Of a DNA stretch of 64,000 bases, positions 41,011 through 51,103 are shown in pieces. How positions within the stretch are numbered: position 1 is the stretch's first letter; every line of letters starts with the position of its first letter. The position numbers were made by a program, and so were the translations under genes. This stretch comes from a virus: positions 117,031-181,030 of IMG/VR virus record IMGVR_UViG_3300035698_016797. One strand, written 5' to 3'. The notes under the pieces are model-generated. The model searched no databases, was not told where the DNA came from, and saw nothing but the letters and a program-made list of their open reading frames with translations.

Positions 41011-43539
41011 TTATATCGCAACTGTTCCGCTAAAGCTCCCCGTTGTTCCCGATATGTACGTTCTTGTAGAGCTTGAGTGCCATTGACTTGGCAATTGTCG
41101 TCCATCTTCATATGAACAAGGGATGTTATTTAATATATACAATCCTGGTTTTCCTCCCCACGTAATGAGTGTAAATGTATTACTATGTCTACGCATACCA
41201 CAAATTCCATGATCATTTACTCCTTCAAGATTTCTCCATTGAGAAGAAAAGAAATGAGTAAAAGATATTCCAAGATCGGTCTTTCTAAGAATTTCTATAT
41301 CCCAATTGAATGTTGACACCCCTGCCTCTGGCGTTCCAGAAATGAAAACGTAGTCTCCTGGTGGGGCATATACACATCTAGGAACCCAAGTTCCCAATGT
41401 TACCTCTTTTAAAATGGTCATGTCGGATAGTCTGACTTTAAACAGTTTAGCAGGACTTCCTTTGCAGACAAAGTATGCGTGTTCGTTTTCAGAATCAATA
41501 GAAAGGCTTGTGATTGGCAAGTTTAACAACTCTCCTTGAAGTGCTGCTGAGGTTATAAAGTTGTGAGCATCGTAATATAAAGAGTTTTGATATAAGCGCC
41601 CTTCATTAACAAAGAAGTATCCCACAGAGCTGCTGCCACACAATCCTAAATTGAATTCTGAATCATTTCCAACCGGCACACTGTAGGATAGACCACCAAA
41701 ACTTGTTCCCAAGGTGTCGGTCATTCTCAAACCGTTTTGATCATAAGACTTGAAAAGCCAAAAGGATGGAGTAAAACTGTGAGACAGTGCCTCATATTCT
41801 AAATTTTTCCAGTCAGTGGTTATTGCAGGAGGAGGCGGTGGAGGAAGAATTGCAACATTACCACCTCCATATATACAACCAGAAGCTAATGCACGAATAC
41901 CGCTTGGTGAAACCTTGTCTTTGAAAATATAAAGCTCGTCCAAATCTCCTTCAAGTGGATGAGAATACGTTGCAAGAAAAAGATCTACGTCATATGGTGC
42001 AGCTACTCCAACCCCAAAATTATCACCATTCAAAACTAGAAGGCTGCCTTTATCTTGCCAATTTACTAAGGACTCTCCAAATTTTTGACCATTAATGTAG
42101 AATTCGACAGGTTGGCCATCTTGCCATCCAACATAGTAATGAGTCCACCCACTTGGAACGGCTATCTCGGGAGATGAACATATCACGTCCACATCGAGGT
42201 AAGATCTATTAAACAAATTTATAACTCCATCTTTAAATGCCAGTCCATATATTGCTATTTCTCCAGCACTCGATCCTGCAAACCACTCTTGATGTCCACC
42301 AAAAATACCCTCATCTGGACTTCTTGCCCAAAATGAACAAGATCCTATATCCATGGGAAACGAACCATAAGTTCCTGCATATCCCACAATGCTATCGGCA
42401 AGTATGGACCATGAAGGAGTTCCAACATAATATCCGTCAGCATTTCCGGTAAAACATGAATCTCTAAAACTAACCGTAGACTCTCTAATTCCAGAAGCTG
42501 CAACCGCAATACTGCCACGAGGTGAAAAATCTTGATGAGTAACCCACTCGTGTTCTGGACCATACTCATCTGTTCCGTCATCAGAAGCTGCAAAGAAAAA
42601 AGCTGTCCACATATTTTCAAAGTCAAATGTTGGTACAATTGGAATTGGCCATTCGTTTTCGTTTCCGCTTGCAGGTGGTGGAGTATATGGTTTTAAGTCA
42701 ATCGTTGCACTATTTGTCCCAAGCTTACCATCAATTTCATCTACTACGACTGCACCTTCTGAGTTTAGTACAAAATGTTGAGATCCAAATCCTGTCCACG
42801 TAATGGTAAACTCCACTTCTCCAACCTGAACTGCTAACTGCTCTCCGTAGGTGGTGAATGTGTGTTCGCTATCCCCTCCTACATCAAAAACAAAATATCC
42901 CCCAACCGTTCCTACTGTAAAGGATTCTCCAGCAATAACCACGGTTGCGGTCTCACCTTCTTCTCCAATAAACTTTAATAGAGCTGGATCTTCAGTCCCA
43001 GACAAATATAGGGTGCTGTTTTCGTCAAATGCATATTCAGAATAAACAGTGTCAAAATGAATCCTCATGCGAATCATAGTGTCTCCGTCTGTTCCAGATT
43101 CTTCCGCAACAGCAACTGGTTGATCTATTCCCGTTTGTACGGTTGTGTAGTACCCACTAGGCCCAGGAAATAACTCATCTCCAGGAGAAACTGTTCCAAT
43201 ATAGTTGTCTGAAAGAATCCACCCCTGTCCAGTTATAACACCAACCGTGTCTTCTGCACGAGCCTTCGTATCGTTGTGCATTTCATATCCAGCTATACCT
43301 CCAAATGGAATTGTGCTATACGTGTCCTGTGCTAAGATTCCGAAAATCATCTTGTATGGACCTGTTCCAGGCTCAACAGTCTCAACCCTATCTCCGCTAT
43401 ATTGCAAAAGTTTTACTGGAGTTCCACATCTTGCAGCTTCCATCATTTTATACAAATGAACTACCTGACACCCACTGTGGACAACCGCTCCTTTTCTGTT
43501 CCTTGCCGGTATTTCTGTAGATACGTTTGGATCTGCCAT
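41011..43539 (-). CDS. Decoration-protein paralog fused to LamG/ConA-like and beta-propeller-like domains (842 aa)
   Basis: First ~165 aa align by eye with 27680-28177; WTHYYVGW...FYING...GDLDELYIF is LamG-like. Confidence 0.7.
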   Translation of the reverse strand: MADPNVSTEIPARNRKGAVVHSGCQVVHLYKMMEAARCGTPVKLLQYSGDRVETVEPGTGPYKMIFGILAQDTYSTIPFGGIAGYEMHNDTKARAEDTVGVITGQGWILSDNYIGTVSPGDELFPGPSGYYTTVQTGIDQPVAVAEESGTDGDTMIRMRIHFDTVYSEYAFDENSTLYLSGTEDPALLKFIGEEGETATVVIAGESFTVGTVGGYFVFDVGGDSEHTFTTYGEQLAVQVGEVEFTITWTGFGSQHFVLNSEGAVVVDEIDGKLGTNSATIDLKPYTPPPASGNENEWPIPIVPTFDFENMWTAFFFAASDDGTDEYGPEHEWVTHQDFSPRGSIAVAASGIRESTVSFRDSCFTGNADGYYVGTPSWSILADSIVGYAGTYGSFPMDIGSCSFWARSPDEGIFGGHQEWFAGSSAGEIAIYGLAFKDGVINLFNRSYLDVDVICSSPEIAVPSGWTHYYVGWQDGQPVEFYINGQKFGESLVNWQDKGSLLVLNGDNFGVGVAAPYDVDLFLATYSHPLEGDLDELYIFKDKVSPSGIRALASGCIYGGGNVAILPPPPPPAITTDWKNLEYEALSHSFTPSFWLFKSYDQNGLRMTDTLGTSFGGLSYSVPVGNDSEFNLGLCGSSSVGYFFVNEGRLYQNSLYYDAHNFITSAALQGELLNLPITSLSIDSENEHAYFVCKGSPAKLFKVRLSDMTILKEVTLGTWVPRCVYAPPGDYVFISGTPEAGVSTFNWDIEILRKTDLGISFTHFFSSQWRNLEGVNDHGICGMRRHSNTFTLITWGGKPGLYILNNIPCSYEDGRQLPSQWHSSSTRTYISGTTGSFSGTVAI

Positions 43540-43551
43540 TTCTAATTCTCC

Positions 43552-46500
43552 TTAGTACGGTGTTCCTGTAGTGTCAAGCAGCCAAATCACATACCAATAT
43601 TGGTCTGTAGAGCTTGCTTGCCACGCAGCGCCTTCGTCGTCGTTCAAAACTGCATATGTGCCAAACGCACTGAGTGCAGTGTTTTCAACCAAATCGGAGG
43701 CATCAACAGTGTCTCTGTAAACATATACATCATTTCCATTATCTCCAACGTTCCTAATGAACAATATCCTGTTTGGATTATTGGTTATTGATGGAAGATA
43801 GATGTTTTTATCTCCGTCTGATGTATTTACCAAAACAGTGTAGTCATCATCTGCTACAACATAGTTACTAGATACTATACGCAAACTTCTATTCTGTAAA
43901 TCACTAATCTTTACTGTGGATGGTACATATTTTTGAGTACCCGGTTGATACAGTAGAGAAATGGGAGCTGTTGTGGGAGTTACAAAGTCGTGATAGGTGC
44001 TTTCTGCGATCACCTGTGAACCATAACGCGCTCTTCCTTTGTGGATGCGAATCTCATCGACATACATTGCAGTTTGGTTTGGAGTCCCATCTCCCTTCGC
44101 ACCTATGTTCAAATTGTATGACCCATATGACAAATCTACAGTTCTATCTTGAGTGTGTACATCTACTGCATTGTCACCATCTACTGCCACAAAACAGTCC
44201 GCAATGGTTGATCCTCCATCTCCACTGGAATCATAAACGTAAGAAGATCTTTCAAACGCAATGTGTGACCATTCGTCGCTAGAGATTTGACTATCACTCA
44301 TTGTTAAAATTTTACTTCCACCACCATTCCAAAATTCCAATGATGGAATTGCTGAAACTGATCCTGTTGCCAGTGACCATCCTGGATAGTTTCCACTGTC
44401 TAACGTTCCTCCATGAGAAATTAGTGTCAAATCCTTCGCATCTCCAACGGGCTTTACCATCATTTCAATAGTGAAAGCTCCAGTTCCAAAATCCCAATCT
44501 GGACTGTCTGGAATTGAAAGATAGCATCCACTAGGAATTAGTATTGCACCTGTATTGTTGACTTTTTCAGCACTTGTTAAGTACGCTCCGCTTGGAGTTA
44601 TTGTGTGGACGTTAAGATCGTCAACAAATGTTTGAGATCCACCCTCTCCATTAGTGTTAATAATCAGTTTTGAAGTTGAATCTATCATTTGATACTTTTC
44701 GGCAAAGAACGTTTCCATTGCACGAATTTCTGAATATTCCATGTCTCCTTCTATAATTACAAGCTCTGACAAGTCTCCATCGAAAGGGTTTGTACCGTTC
44801 CATAAGGCTCCAATTCTAAGAGGATTGTCTGGTGCTCCAGAATCAAAAGTCGTATCTTGAACTTCACATCTGGCTTGACATTGTCCATCTACATATGTAT
44901 TGCAATGTAGTCCGTCAAAATTCACCGTAACCATGTGCCACTCTCCAACTGGACAGCCGCTAGGGGGAGTTTCGGAATCAATATGTGCAGAATTCTGTTT
45001 GTAGAACTTCGTACTAATTGCCTCGTTGTTTGTATAAGACATAACAAAGCCGCTTTCGGGTTGTGATGCGTCAGCGTATGAGACAGTAGATAAAAGAACA
45101 CCACTTGCGTCTGGAACGTCATCTGGATTGAACAGTGTCATAATTGTCCATGGACTACCGTCGTGTAAAAAACTCCAATCGTTTGGAGTTGTGCTATCAA
45201 ATGTTGTCCCAGTGTGATGTATCTCTACTGAGTTAAGGCCACCGAAATCAGACTTTTTATATGGGGCATTATGCAGTACTCCAGATGGTTGAGCGAATAT
45301 ATGCCCAGGTGTTATCCCGGCAGATGTTGGAATAATACTTCTCCAATGTCCAACACCATTTACGCTTGCAAGAGGGCCATTCTTAAAAGATATTTCACCC
45401 TGGGAAGACAGGTGTGCGGTTCCTACGCTGTCGAGTCTGTCTCCAACAGTTTCTGTTGAGGCACCGCCACTTTCTCCAATCCAAACTCCTCTATAAAATT
45501 CTCCATTACCATCATTCCATAAAAGTTCGTAGAATAATTCTTCAAGTGTTTCTGGAATGTTATTAGTTGTGGACCAAAATCCAATTTCATCTATTTCTCC
45601 GATCCAGTAGTCATCATTTCCACCAACTTCAAGAGCGTTGGCGGTGACATCAATTGTTCCATCATACGAATCTCCTTCTGCTTCAACTCCATCAACAGAA
45701 ATGGAAATGTTCACTCCGTCTGCTGTCGTAACAACATGATGCCAAGCTCCAGTAGAGGATGTTGACCCCATATATGCAGACTTTACAGTCGTATCGCTTT
45801 GAGTAATATCTAACGTGAATCCGTTGACAGGGTCATGGTACAGCTCATAAGAACCAACCTTCAGAAAGATGCTGCTTTTAGCAGAAAGATCTGAAGACTT
45901 TACCCAACACGAAAGTGCTATAGTATGGGTAGGAGAAATGCTTGAATTACTAGGCATTGATAAACACCTATTAGGCAAGCCCAATAGGCTTATTGCACTA
46001 TCATAGATTCCGGTTGTATAACTAGCACCGCCGTTTGTAAGATGATTTGAACCCTTAATATCATGCCCTAGATCTGAAATATTTGACATAGGCCAATAGC
46101 CAACCATATAGTCATCAAACGAGGAAATGTCCCTCTCTTCATATCCTGACTCTCCACCGTGTTCTTCAAGATTCACATAGGCTACCAGTTGATCTACAAG
46201 ATCTGTTGGCAAAAACTCGTAACTGTAACCTTTTCCACTATTATACCAAGATATAAGTTCAGAATCTAGTAATTTGTGATTCCACACTCCTATCCTGCAA
46301 ACAGATCCTTCTAAAAGGCCAGAAGGAGATGAGCGAACAGCTCCAACTCTAAAATTTGCACTCGTTGCAGCTGGAACACCAGTCAATGCCGCCGTTACAG
46401 AGGTTGAATTGTTCACTTGAATACCAATTTCAGAGAGTTCAGGACTATACCATGATTTAATACAATACCATTCTCCTAAGGATACTCCAGACGCAGCAAT

Positions 46501-47043
46501 AACCTCTGAAACTCCATTTGTAATGTCACCATTGGTAACAACTCCAAAAACAAAAGCGTCATCACTGTTTGAGTACTTCAAATAGTATTCTGCACTTGCG
46601 TCAGTGTCATATTTGGACAATATGTATTCATCTTCAGTCGGATTGATGACCTGTGCCCAACAGCCAATGGTAAAATCTTGATTACCAGACTGATAAGATG
46701 TACTATCTGAGTAGAAATAGTGTCCACTTGCTTTAATCATATATGGAACGTGAACAAAGTGATAAGGTTTTGTCATAGGCATAGAAGCTTCTACAAAAAC
46801 ATCATCAGAGGCAGTGAGCCAAAGGGCTGCACCAGTAACACCACTAGGAGATAGTTGATCAGTATCAACGGCCACAATCTTTCCATCATCAGACGTTGTT
46901 AGAGAATTTACATTTGGAGTTATTCTTCTTCCTTCAGTATCGTTTGCAAACTCTGCCAATAAACCAAAGTTGGCATTTATATCCTGCCTACTTGTTGTCT
47001 TTAGATTATGAGTTCCATGTACATGTGTTGGTGTTACTGCCAT
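43552..47043 (-). CDS. Multi-LamG (concanavalin A-like) fibre/spike protein (1163 aa)
   Basis: Four LamG-like units (GEWYCI..., GAWHHVVTT...GEIDEIGFW, GEWHMVTV...GDLSELVI, DEWSHIAF...YVDEIRI); C-terminal DDYTVLVNTSDGDKNIYLP fibre-tip-like segment. Confidence 0.7.
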   Translation of the reverse strand: MAVTPTHVHGTHNLKTTSRQDINANFGLLAEFANDTEGRRITPNVNSLTTSDDGKIVAVDTDQLSPSGVTGAALWLTASDDVFVEASMPMTKPYHFVHVPYMIKASGHYFYSDSTSYQSGNQDFTIGCWAQVINPTEDEYILSKYDTDASAEYYLKYSNSDDAFVFGVVTNGDITNGVSEVIAASGVSLGEWYCIKSWYSPELSEIGIQVNNSTSVTAALTGVPAATSANFRVGAVRSSPSGLLEGSVCRIGVWNHKLLDSELISWYNSGKGYSYEFLPTDLVDQLVAYVNLEEHGGESGYEERDISSFDDYMVGYWPMSNISDLGHDIKGSNHLTNGGASYTTGIYDSAISLLGLPNRCLSMPSNSSISPTHTIALSCWVKSSDLSAKSSIFLKVGSYELYHDPVNGFTLDITQSDTTVKSAYMGSTSSTGAWHHVVTTADGVNISISVDGVEAEGDSYDGTIDVTANALEVGGNDDYWIGEIDEIGFWSTTNNIPETLEELFYELLWNDGNGEFYRGVWIGESGGASTETVGDRLDSVGTAHLSSQGEISFKNGPLASVNGVGHWRSIIPTSAGITPGHIFAQPSGVLHNAPYKKSDFGGLNSVEIHHTGTTFDSTTPNDWSFLHDGSPWTIMTLFNPDDVPDASGVLLSTVSYADASQPESGFVMSYTNNEAISTKFYKQNSAHIDSETPPSGCPVGEWHMVTVNFDGLHCNTYVDGQCQARCEVQDTTFDSGAPDNPLRIGALWNGTNPFDGDLSELVIIEGDMEYSEIRAMETFFAEKYQMIDSTSKLIINTNGEGGSQTFVDDLNVHTITPSGAYLTSAEKVNNTGAILIPSGCYLSIPDSPDWDFGTGAFTIEMMVKPVGDAKDLTLISHGGTLDSGNYPGWSLATGSVSAIPSLEFWNGGGSKILTMSDSQISSDEWSHIAFERSSYVYDSSGDGGSTIADCFVAVDGDNAVDVHTQDRTVDLSYGSYNLNIGAKGDGTPNQTAMYVDEIRIHKGRARYGSQVIAESTYHDFVTPTTAPISLLYQPGTQKYVPSTVKISDLQNRSLRIVSSNYVVADDDYTVLVNTSDGDKNIYLPSITNNPNRILFIRNVGDNGNDVYVYRDTVDASDLVENTALSAFGTYAVLNDDEGAAWQASSTDQYWYVIWLLDTTGTPY

Positions 47044-47053
47044 ATCTTTCCCT

Positions 47054-47593
47054 CTAAGCCTTTATCTGTTTAGTCTTCCCATCTGGATATGTATACTTAA
47101 TAGTACATCCAGTTGTAAAAACAGGTTTCAGAGTATCTGCATTGATCGACAAAATGCATTCAATGTTGCAAACCTCCATAACGTAATCTGATCCAGGAAT
47201 AACAATAGTGTTCTTTGGGATCGCAGCTTTGTATCCAGCATTAAATGTGGAAGGGACAACCTGCTGTCCAGAATTTCCTACAGTCAAAGGTTTTGAACAT
47301 TTGAACTGAATAATGCCATCGCCATACTCTATTGGCAGATTACAAAAAGAATAAGTTCTGCCGTTAAACTGTTTTCCGGGTTCAACTGCCAACTTATTAA
47401 GGATAAATTCTCCCGTTTTCATATCAATAGAATACGTTATATTGTTAGCTCTATCAATAAGGGCAAAGAATGTTATACGATCCTTTCTTCCAAGAACTCG
47501 TTCGTCTGTAAATATGGTTTCATTGTTATCACCATCAAATTCAAAAATCTTACTGCCGTCATCAAATTGTGCGGCCCAAATAATTGGTTGCAT
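47054..47593 (-). CDS. Hypothetical protein (179 aa)
   Basis: SD AGGAG; tiles in the late operon. Confidence 0.55.
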   Translation of the reverse strand: MQPIIWAAQFDDGSKIFEFDGDNNETIFTDERVLGRKDRITFFALIDRANNITYSIDMKTGEFILNKLAVEPGKQFNGRTYSFCNLPIEYGDGIIQFKCSKPLTVGNSGQQVVPSTFNAGYKAAIPKNTIVIPGSDYVMEVCNIECILSINADTLKPVFTTGCTIKYTYPDGKTKQIKA

Positions 47594-47614
47594 TGTATTG
47601 CTCCTATAGATTGT

Positions 47615-48115
47615 TTACGGATATAAAAAGCTAAGACGATAACCCCAGTTTTCTGTGACTCCATCTCCAGCGTCAGACGGAGGCTGAACCGCAAGGAAAA
47701 TATAGTCTGTGTCGTCTGGGTCGGTAACCGTTGTAGTATTATCTGTAAAGTTACTGCTACCCGGCTCTGCTTCTGGAAGTGTTGCCGTACTGCGACCTGT
47801 ACGATACTCTGCCGTACCGGCCTTGTTTGCGTCTGTGAATGTTGTTGGATCTGTCCATGTTGAATCACATGCATATTTGTGAACCCAACCGGCAGATGCG
47901 GCTATATTAGTATTTCCACCAGTTGAGGCCATGTCGTTAAGCCAATATTTGAGAGTGTTGCATGTATTACCAGAAAACGTGGCAACAACACACTTACAGT
48001 CAGACCAATAACCGGCCTGTACATTCCCAAAATCTAATACAGTAATAAGGCTGCCTTTTGAAGGGCTTCCTGTACTGTCTGTAACCGGATACCACGTTAC
48101 TGAAGGTGCTGCCAT
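47615..48115 (-). CDS. Hypothetical virion-type protein (166 aa)
   Basis: SD AGGAG; beta-rich, T/S/D-rich; ends in YRLSFLYP. Confidence 0.55.
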   Translation of the reverse strand: MAAPSVTWYPVTDSTGSPSKGSLITVLDFGNVQAGYWSDCKCVVATFSGNTCNTLKYWLNDMASTGGNTNIAASAGWVHKYACDSTWTDPTTFTDANKAGTAEYRTGRSTATLPEAEPGSSNFTDNTTTVTDPDDTDYIFLAVQPPSDAGDGVTENWGYRLSFLYP

Positions 48116-48126
48116 GTTAATTTCTC

Positions 48127-48816
48127 CTATTCTGAAATCTTGAACAGTTGATCTTCTTCTTCTATTAACAACTGATCTTTTGCTATCAATGGTTTCAGGC
48201 CATCCTCGTCCAAACGAGCCGCGATAACGGCAATATTTGTCTGATTAACAACCGTTCCTTTGCCAGAAATTCTATCAGCTCTCCTTGCAGCCAAGTTTTG
48301 TCTGAAGGCTTGCTGGCGATATATACTTGAGTTGTAATCCTTTTCAATGTCAGCTCTGGGCTGACGTCTCTTCTTTAACAATAGTCTGAATTGGATCACT
48401 TTTTCAATTGCAATACTGTGCACGTCATCAAGGTCTTCTTTCATTGTCCAATCGGGATGTGATATAATCCAAGACTGTACTTCGGCTGAATATATCTTCA
48501 ATTCATCTCCGTCTAGTACCGCCTTAATAGTTGGAGAGATAGCTCCGCTTGCACCAATACATGACGCAGGAACCATAGCTTTGGTCCCATCTGGCAAATC
48601 TATCTCAATCATTCCATCCTTAACCTCTCCATCAGGAAGAAGAGAATCTTCCTTTTTGACAGGCTTTTTCTTGTCAGAATACTGAACAAGATTCTGCATT
48701 CTTTTCTGCACACCATCAGAATGCTTTTCATCAATTTTTACTTTTTTACTCTTAGTTGCTGTTGGACTCATAAATACACCTCTCTTATCATAACCATGTT
48801 CACAAAATTTAGTCAC
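48127..48816 (-). CDS. Hypothetical protein, possibly terminase small subunit (229 aa)
   Basis: Helical C-terminal half with AARRADR; position upstream of the packaging genes only. Confidence 0.35.
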   Translation of the reverse strand: MTKFCEHGYDKRGVFMSPTATKSKKVKIDEKHSDGVQKRMQNLVQYSDKKKPVKKEDSLLPDGEVKDGMIEIDLPDGTKAMVPASCIGASGAISPTIKAVLDGDELKIYSAEVQSWIISHPDWTMKEDLDDVHSIAIEKVIQFRLLLKKRRQPRADIEKDYNSSIYRQQAFRQNLAARRADRISGKGTVVNQTNIAVIAARLDEDGLKPLIAKDQLLIEEEDQLFKISE

Positions 48817-49355
48817 TAATTATCGAAAAGATTCATCCTACGAATTTTGATCCTCAACCTTTTGAGAAGCATACTTACAGATGATGGATGTCTGTACCCA
48901 ATCTTGGCAGCAATATCCCTCTGCGTCATAGAGGGATTCTCCCTAAGAATCGTAAGAACTTCTATCTCTCTGGGTTTGAGCTGACTGGCTTTGTCACCAA
49001 TCAATGCATCAACATGCGCAAGCTGTTGGCCTAAGGCTCCGTCGTTGCTAATGTACTCCTGAAAGGAAAAGGTTGAGTGCATTTCGTCGGTAAGATGATT
49101 TTTACGCGCATTTGTATACAACTTCTTATTAATGAAGTTGACTACGCATCTATATGCAAAGCTTGAAAACTTAACTCCTCGATCTTCGTCAAACCGTGGA
49201 ATTACCTTTTGCCATAAATGAATCATGGCTTCAGATTTCAGATCGCTTTTATCTTGTGCGGGGATGTTATATCCAGTAAGAATAGACCAAATCATTGGCT
49301 CTATACTACGTAACATCTCCTCCGGGTCTTTTATCTTCTTCTGCTGTTCGCTCAT
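48816..49355 (-). CDS. Phage RNA polymerase sigma70-family factor (likely start ATG 49355)
   Basis: Region 2-like FDEDRGVKFSSFAYRCVVNFI and region 4 HTH LKPREIEVL...TQRDIAAKIGYRHPSSVSMLLKRLR. Confidence 0.8.
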   Translation of the reverse strand: MSEQQKKIKDPEEMLRSIEPMIWSILTGYNIPAQDKSDLKSEAMIHLWQKVIPRFDEDRGVKFSSFAYRCVVNFINKKLYTNARKNHLTDEMHSTFSFQEYISNDGALGQQLAHVDALIGDKASQLKPREIEVLTILRENPSMTQRDIAAKIGYRHPSSVSMLLKRLRIKIRRMNLFDN

Positions 49356-49521
49356 GTGTGGGTTCTCCGTCACTTAGTGTTACTTTAAGTTCAATGACAG
49401 AAAGTGTACCGGTAGGGGTTTCTCGTGAACAAACAGCGCCATCATATTCAAAAGGAAGTCCACTTTCTTTAATTTTACTGAGGATTAGAAGGATTTGATC
49501 GTAGGACATTAGAGGTTTCAT
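49306..49521 (-). CDS. Hypothetical protein (71 aa)
   Basis: Starts directly after the SEC-C gene; overlaps the sigma gene start region. Confidence 0.4.
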   Translation of the reverse strand: MKPLMSYDQILLILSKIKESGLPFEYDGAVCSRETPTGTLSVIELKVTLSDGEPTHERTAEEDKRPGGDVT

Positions 49522-49522
49522 G

Positions 49523-49855
49523 TTATTTCACCATGCAACATTGTTTATATTTGAGACTACTGCCACAAGAACATTTGGTGTTGCGACCAATCTTTGGATT
49601 CTTTCTGCGAATTGGAATAAACTTGCCATCGCTATCTTTCTCCTGCTCCTGCCTTCTGACAAGTGCTCCACTATTCATTCTAACCCCATCTACAGATGCG
49701 GCATTTTTCAACAAACATTCGGCACAAATCTTTTTGATCGTTCTTGGGTTTAATGTACAGGTTGGCTTGATCTTTCTGTCAAGCATACAGGAAACACCAC
49801 TTTCGCTCTTAAACCTATACGTCACCTTAATTGCAGTCTTGTCTTTTTTTATCAT
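49523..49855 (-). CDS. SEC-C motif protein (110 aa)
   Basis: C-terminal KIGRNTKCSCGSSLKYKQCC. Confidence 0.8.
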   Translation of the reverse strand: MIKKDKTAIKVTYRFKSESGVSCMLDRKIKPTCTLNPRTIKKICAECLLKNAASVDGVRMNSGALVRRQEQEKDSDGKFIPIRRKNPKIGRNTKCSCGSSLKYKQCCMVK

Positions 49856-49857
49856 AA

Positions 49858-50526
49858 CTATTTCCTTCCTGATCCAATAACTTCTTTTACCAACTGTGCA
49901 ATATGTGGAGGTACTTGCCTTGAAGAGAAGTAGTCTGCCAAATGCACTATCGTCGCTACCTTACGCAATACGTCATCTTCCTTGTTTTCTGGAATGTGTT
50001 CCACATATCCAGCATCTTTACACGTCCATCTACCCATGTGTCCAGCTATTCCAGCTAGAATACATTTGTATTGATATGTTAACGGATGTTCTTTGCTACC
50101 CTTGAAGAGATCGTTGTACAGCTTCATTGCAAAATCAACGCCGTGCTTTTCGGTGTTGTTAGGAATTATACTTTGCCTTGAACCGTTAAACTTTGTTCCG
50201 TGTTTGTACCCATCGTGCAACATACATGCAGATCTTATTACGTCTTCAAAGGTTGCGTCTCCAAATCCACACAGACGTCTGTCGGACTCGGTTAATGGCA
50301 TAGCTCTAGTAAGCTCTACTCCAAGCCAGCTTGTAACCTTGATGTGTCTTACAATTCCACCATTGCCCTGATTCCATGGGGGATGATATTTTCCAGTCGT
50401 TGAACAAGCTGCTCTCCAGAAGTATTCTGGAACCTCGTTGTCAAGGACATGTATTGTAAACGTTTTAATATCGTCATTTGTAAACTGACTTAACTCCTCA
50501 TTAAAATAATGTTCTGATTTAGACAT
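49858..50526 (-). CDS. HD-domain phosphohydrolase (222 aa; true start ATG 50526)
   Basis: STTGKYHP...GGIVRH...MLHDGYK...HMG...VHLADY. Confidence 0.75.
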   Translation of the reverse strand: MSKSEHYFNEELSQFTNDDIKTFTIHVLDNEVPEYFWRAACSTTGKYHPPWNQGNGGIVRHIKVTSWLGVELTRAMPLTESDRRLCGFGDATFEDVIRSACMLHDGYKHGTKFNGSRQSIIPNNTEKHGVDFAMKLYNDLFKGSKEHPLTYQYKCILAGIAGHMGRWTCKDAGYVEHIPENKEDDVLRKVATIVHLADYFSSRQVPPHIAQLVKEVIGSGRK

Positions 50527-50914
50527 TCGTAATCCTTTCTGTTGTTCCAATCTCCCATCTTCCTCCACCATGATATTGAAAACTAACCATATTTGCTGCT
50601 GTCTCCGGTGTTGATGGTCCTGTAGTTGTTGTTGTTGTTGTTGTTGTTGTGTTTGTAGTGATGTTTGCAAATTCTCCTGCATCATAATATGTAGGATCAA
50701 GATTAGGAGTGATAGCCTCAATAGTATAATCCGCTGGATCAAGAAGAGTTGGTGGCCTAAAGCCACTTGCTGGTATAAGCCCTCCTGGAAAAGTTTGATC
50801 TTGAGCACTACTTAAAATGCGTTGCCAATACTCAGCTTGAGATTCTTCACATTCTACTGCTGGCATTTCACACTCTTCATCAGAAAACATATGTGGATCA
50901 AAAATGACAAACAT
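50519..50914 (-). CDS. Small acidic protein with poly-Thr tract (131 aa; start ATG 50914)
   Basis: SD GAAAGGG before MFVIFDPH; contains NTTTTTTTTTTGPST. Confidence 0.55.
   Translation of the reverse strand: MFVIFDPHMFSDEECEMPAVECEESQAEYWQRILSSAQDQTFPGGLIPASGFRPPTLLDPADYTIEAITPNLDPTYYDAGEFANITTNTTTTTTTTTTGPSTPETAANMVSFQYHGGGRWEIGTTERITNV
50625..50650. repeat. (GTT)8 trinucleotide microsatellite encoding poly-Thr on the minus strand
   Basis: gttgttgttgttgttgttgttgttgt read directly. Confidence 0.9.
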
Positions 50915-50915
50915 A

Positions 50916-51092
50916 TTAATCCCTTTCTGGCAACTTCGCGGTTGTTTGTTTGTATGGTCCAGCGGAAGCTTTGCAAGCTGGACATTTAACAGAATCAGAA
51001 GCTGCCTGTGCAGGTGTAACGCTAAACACTCTACCGCAAGATTTGCACTTTGCATTTGTCGTGTCGTATACCTTACCAGTGGTTTTTTGCAT
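50916..51092 (-). CDS. Zinc-ribbon protein (58 aa, below the ORF-track cutoff)
   Basis: Read manually: MQKTTGKVYDTTNAKCKSCGRVFSVTPAQAASDSVKCPACKASAGPYKQTTAKLPERD; SD AAGGA. Confidence 0.65.
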   Translation of the reverse strand: MQKTTGKVYDTTNAKCKSCGRVFSVTPAQAASDSVKCPACKASAGPYKQTTAKLPERD

Positions 51093-51103
51093 TGTAATTT
51101 TCC

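Noticed and set aside
49858-50808. 316-aa track ORF with a poly-Gln N-terminus
   Set aside because: The first ~94 codons are an alternate-frame reading of the poly-Thr gene; the HD protein starts at ATG 50526.
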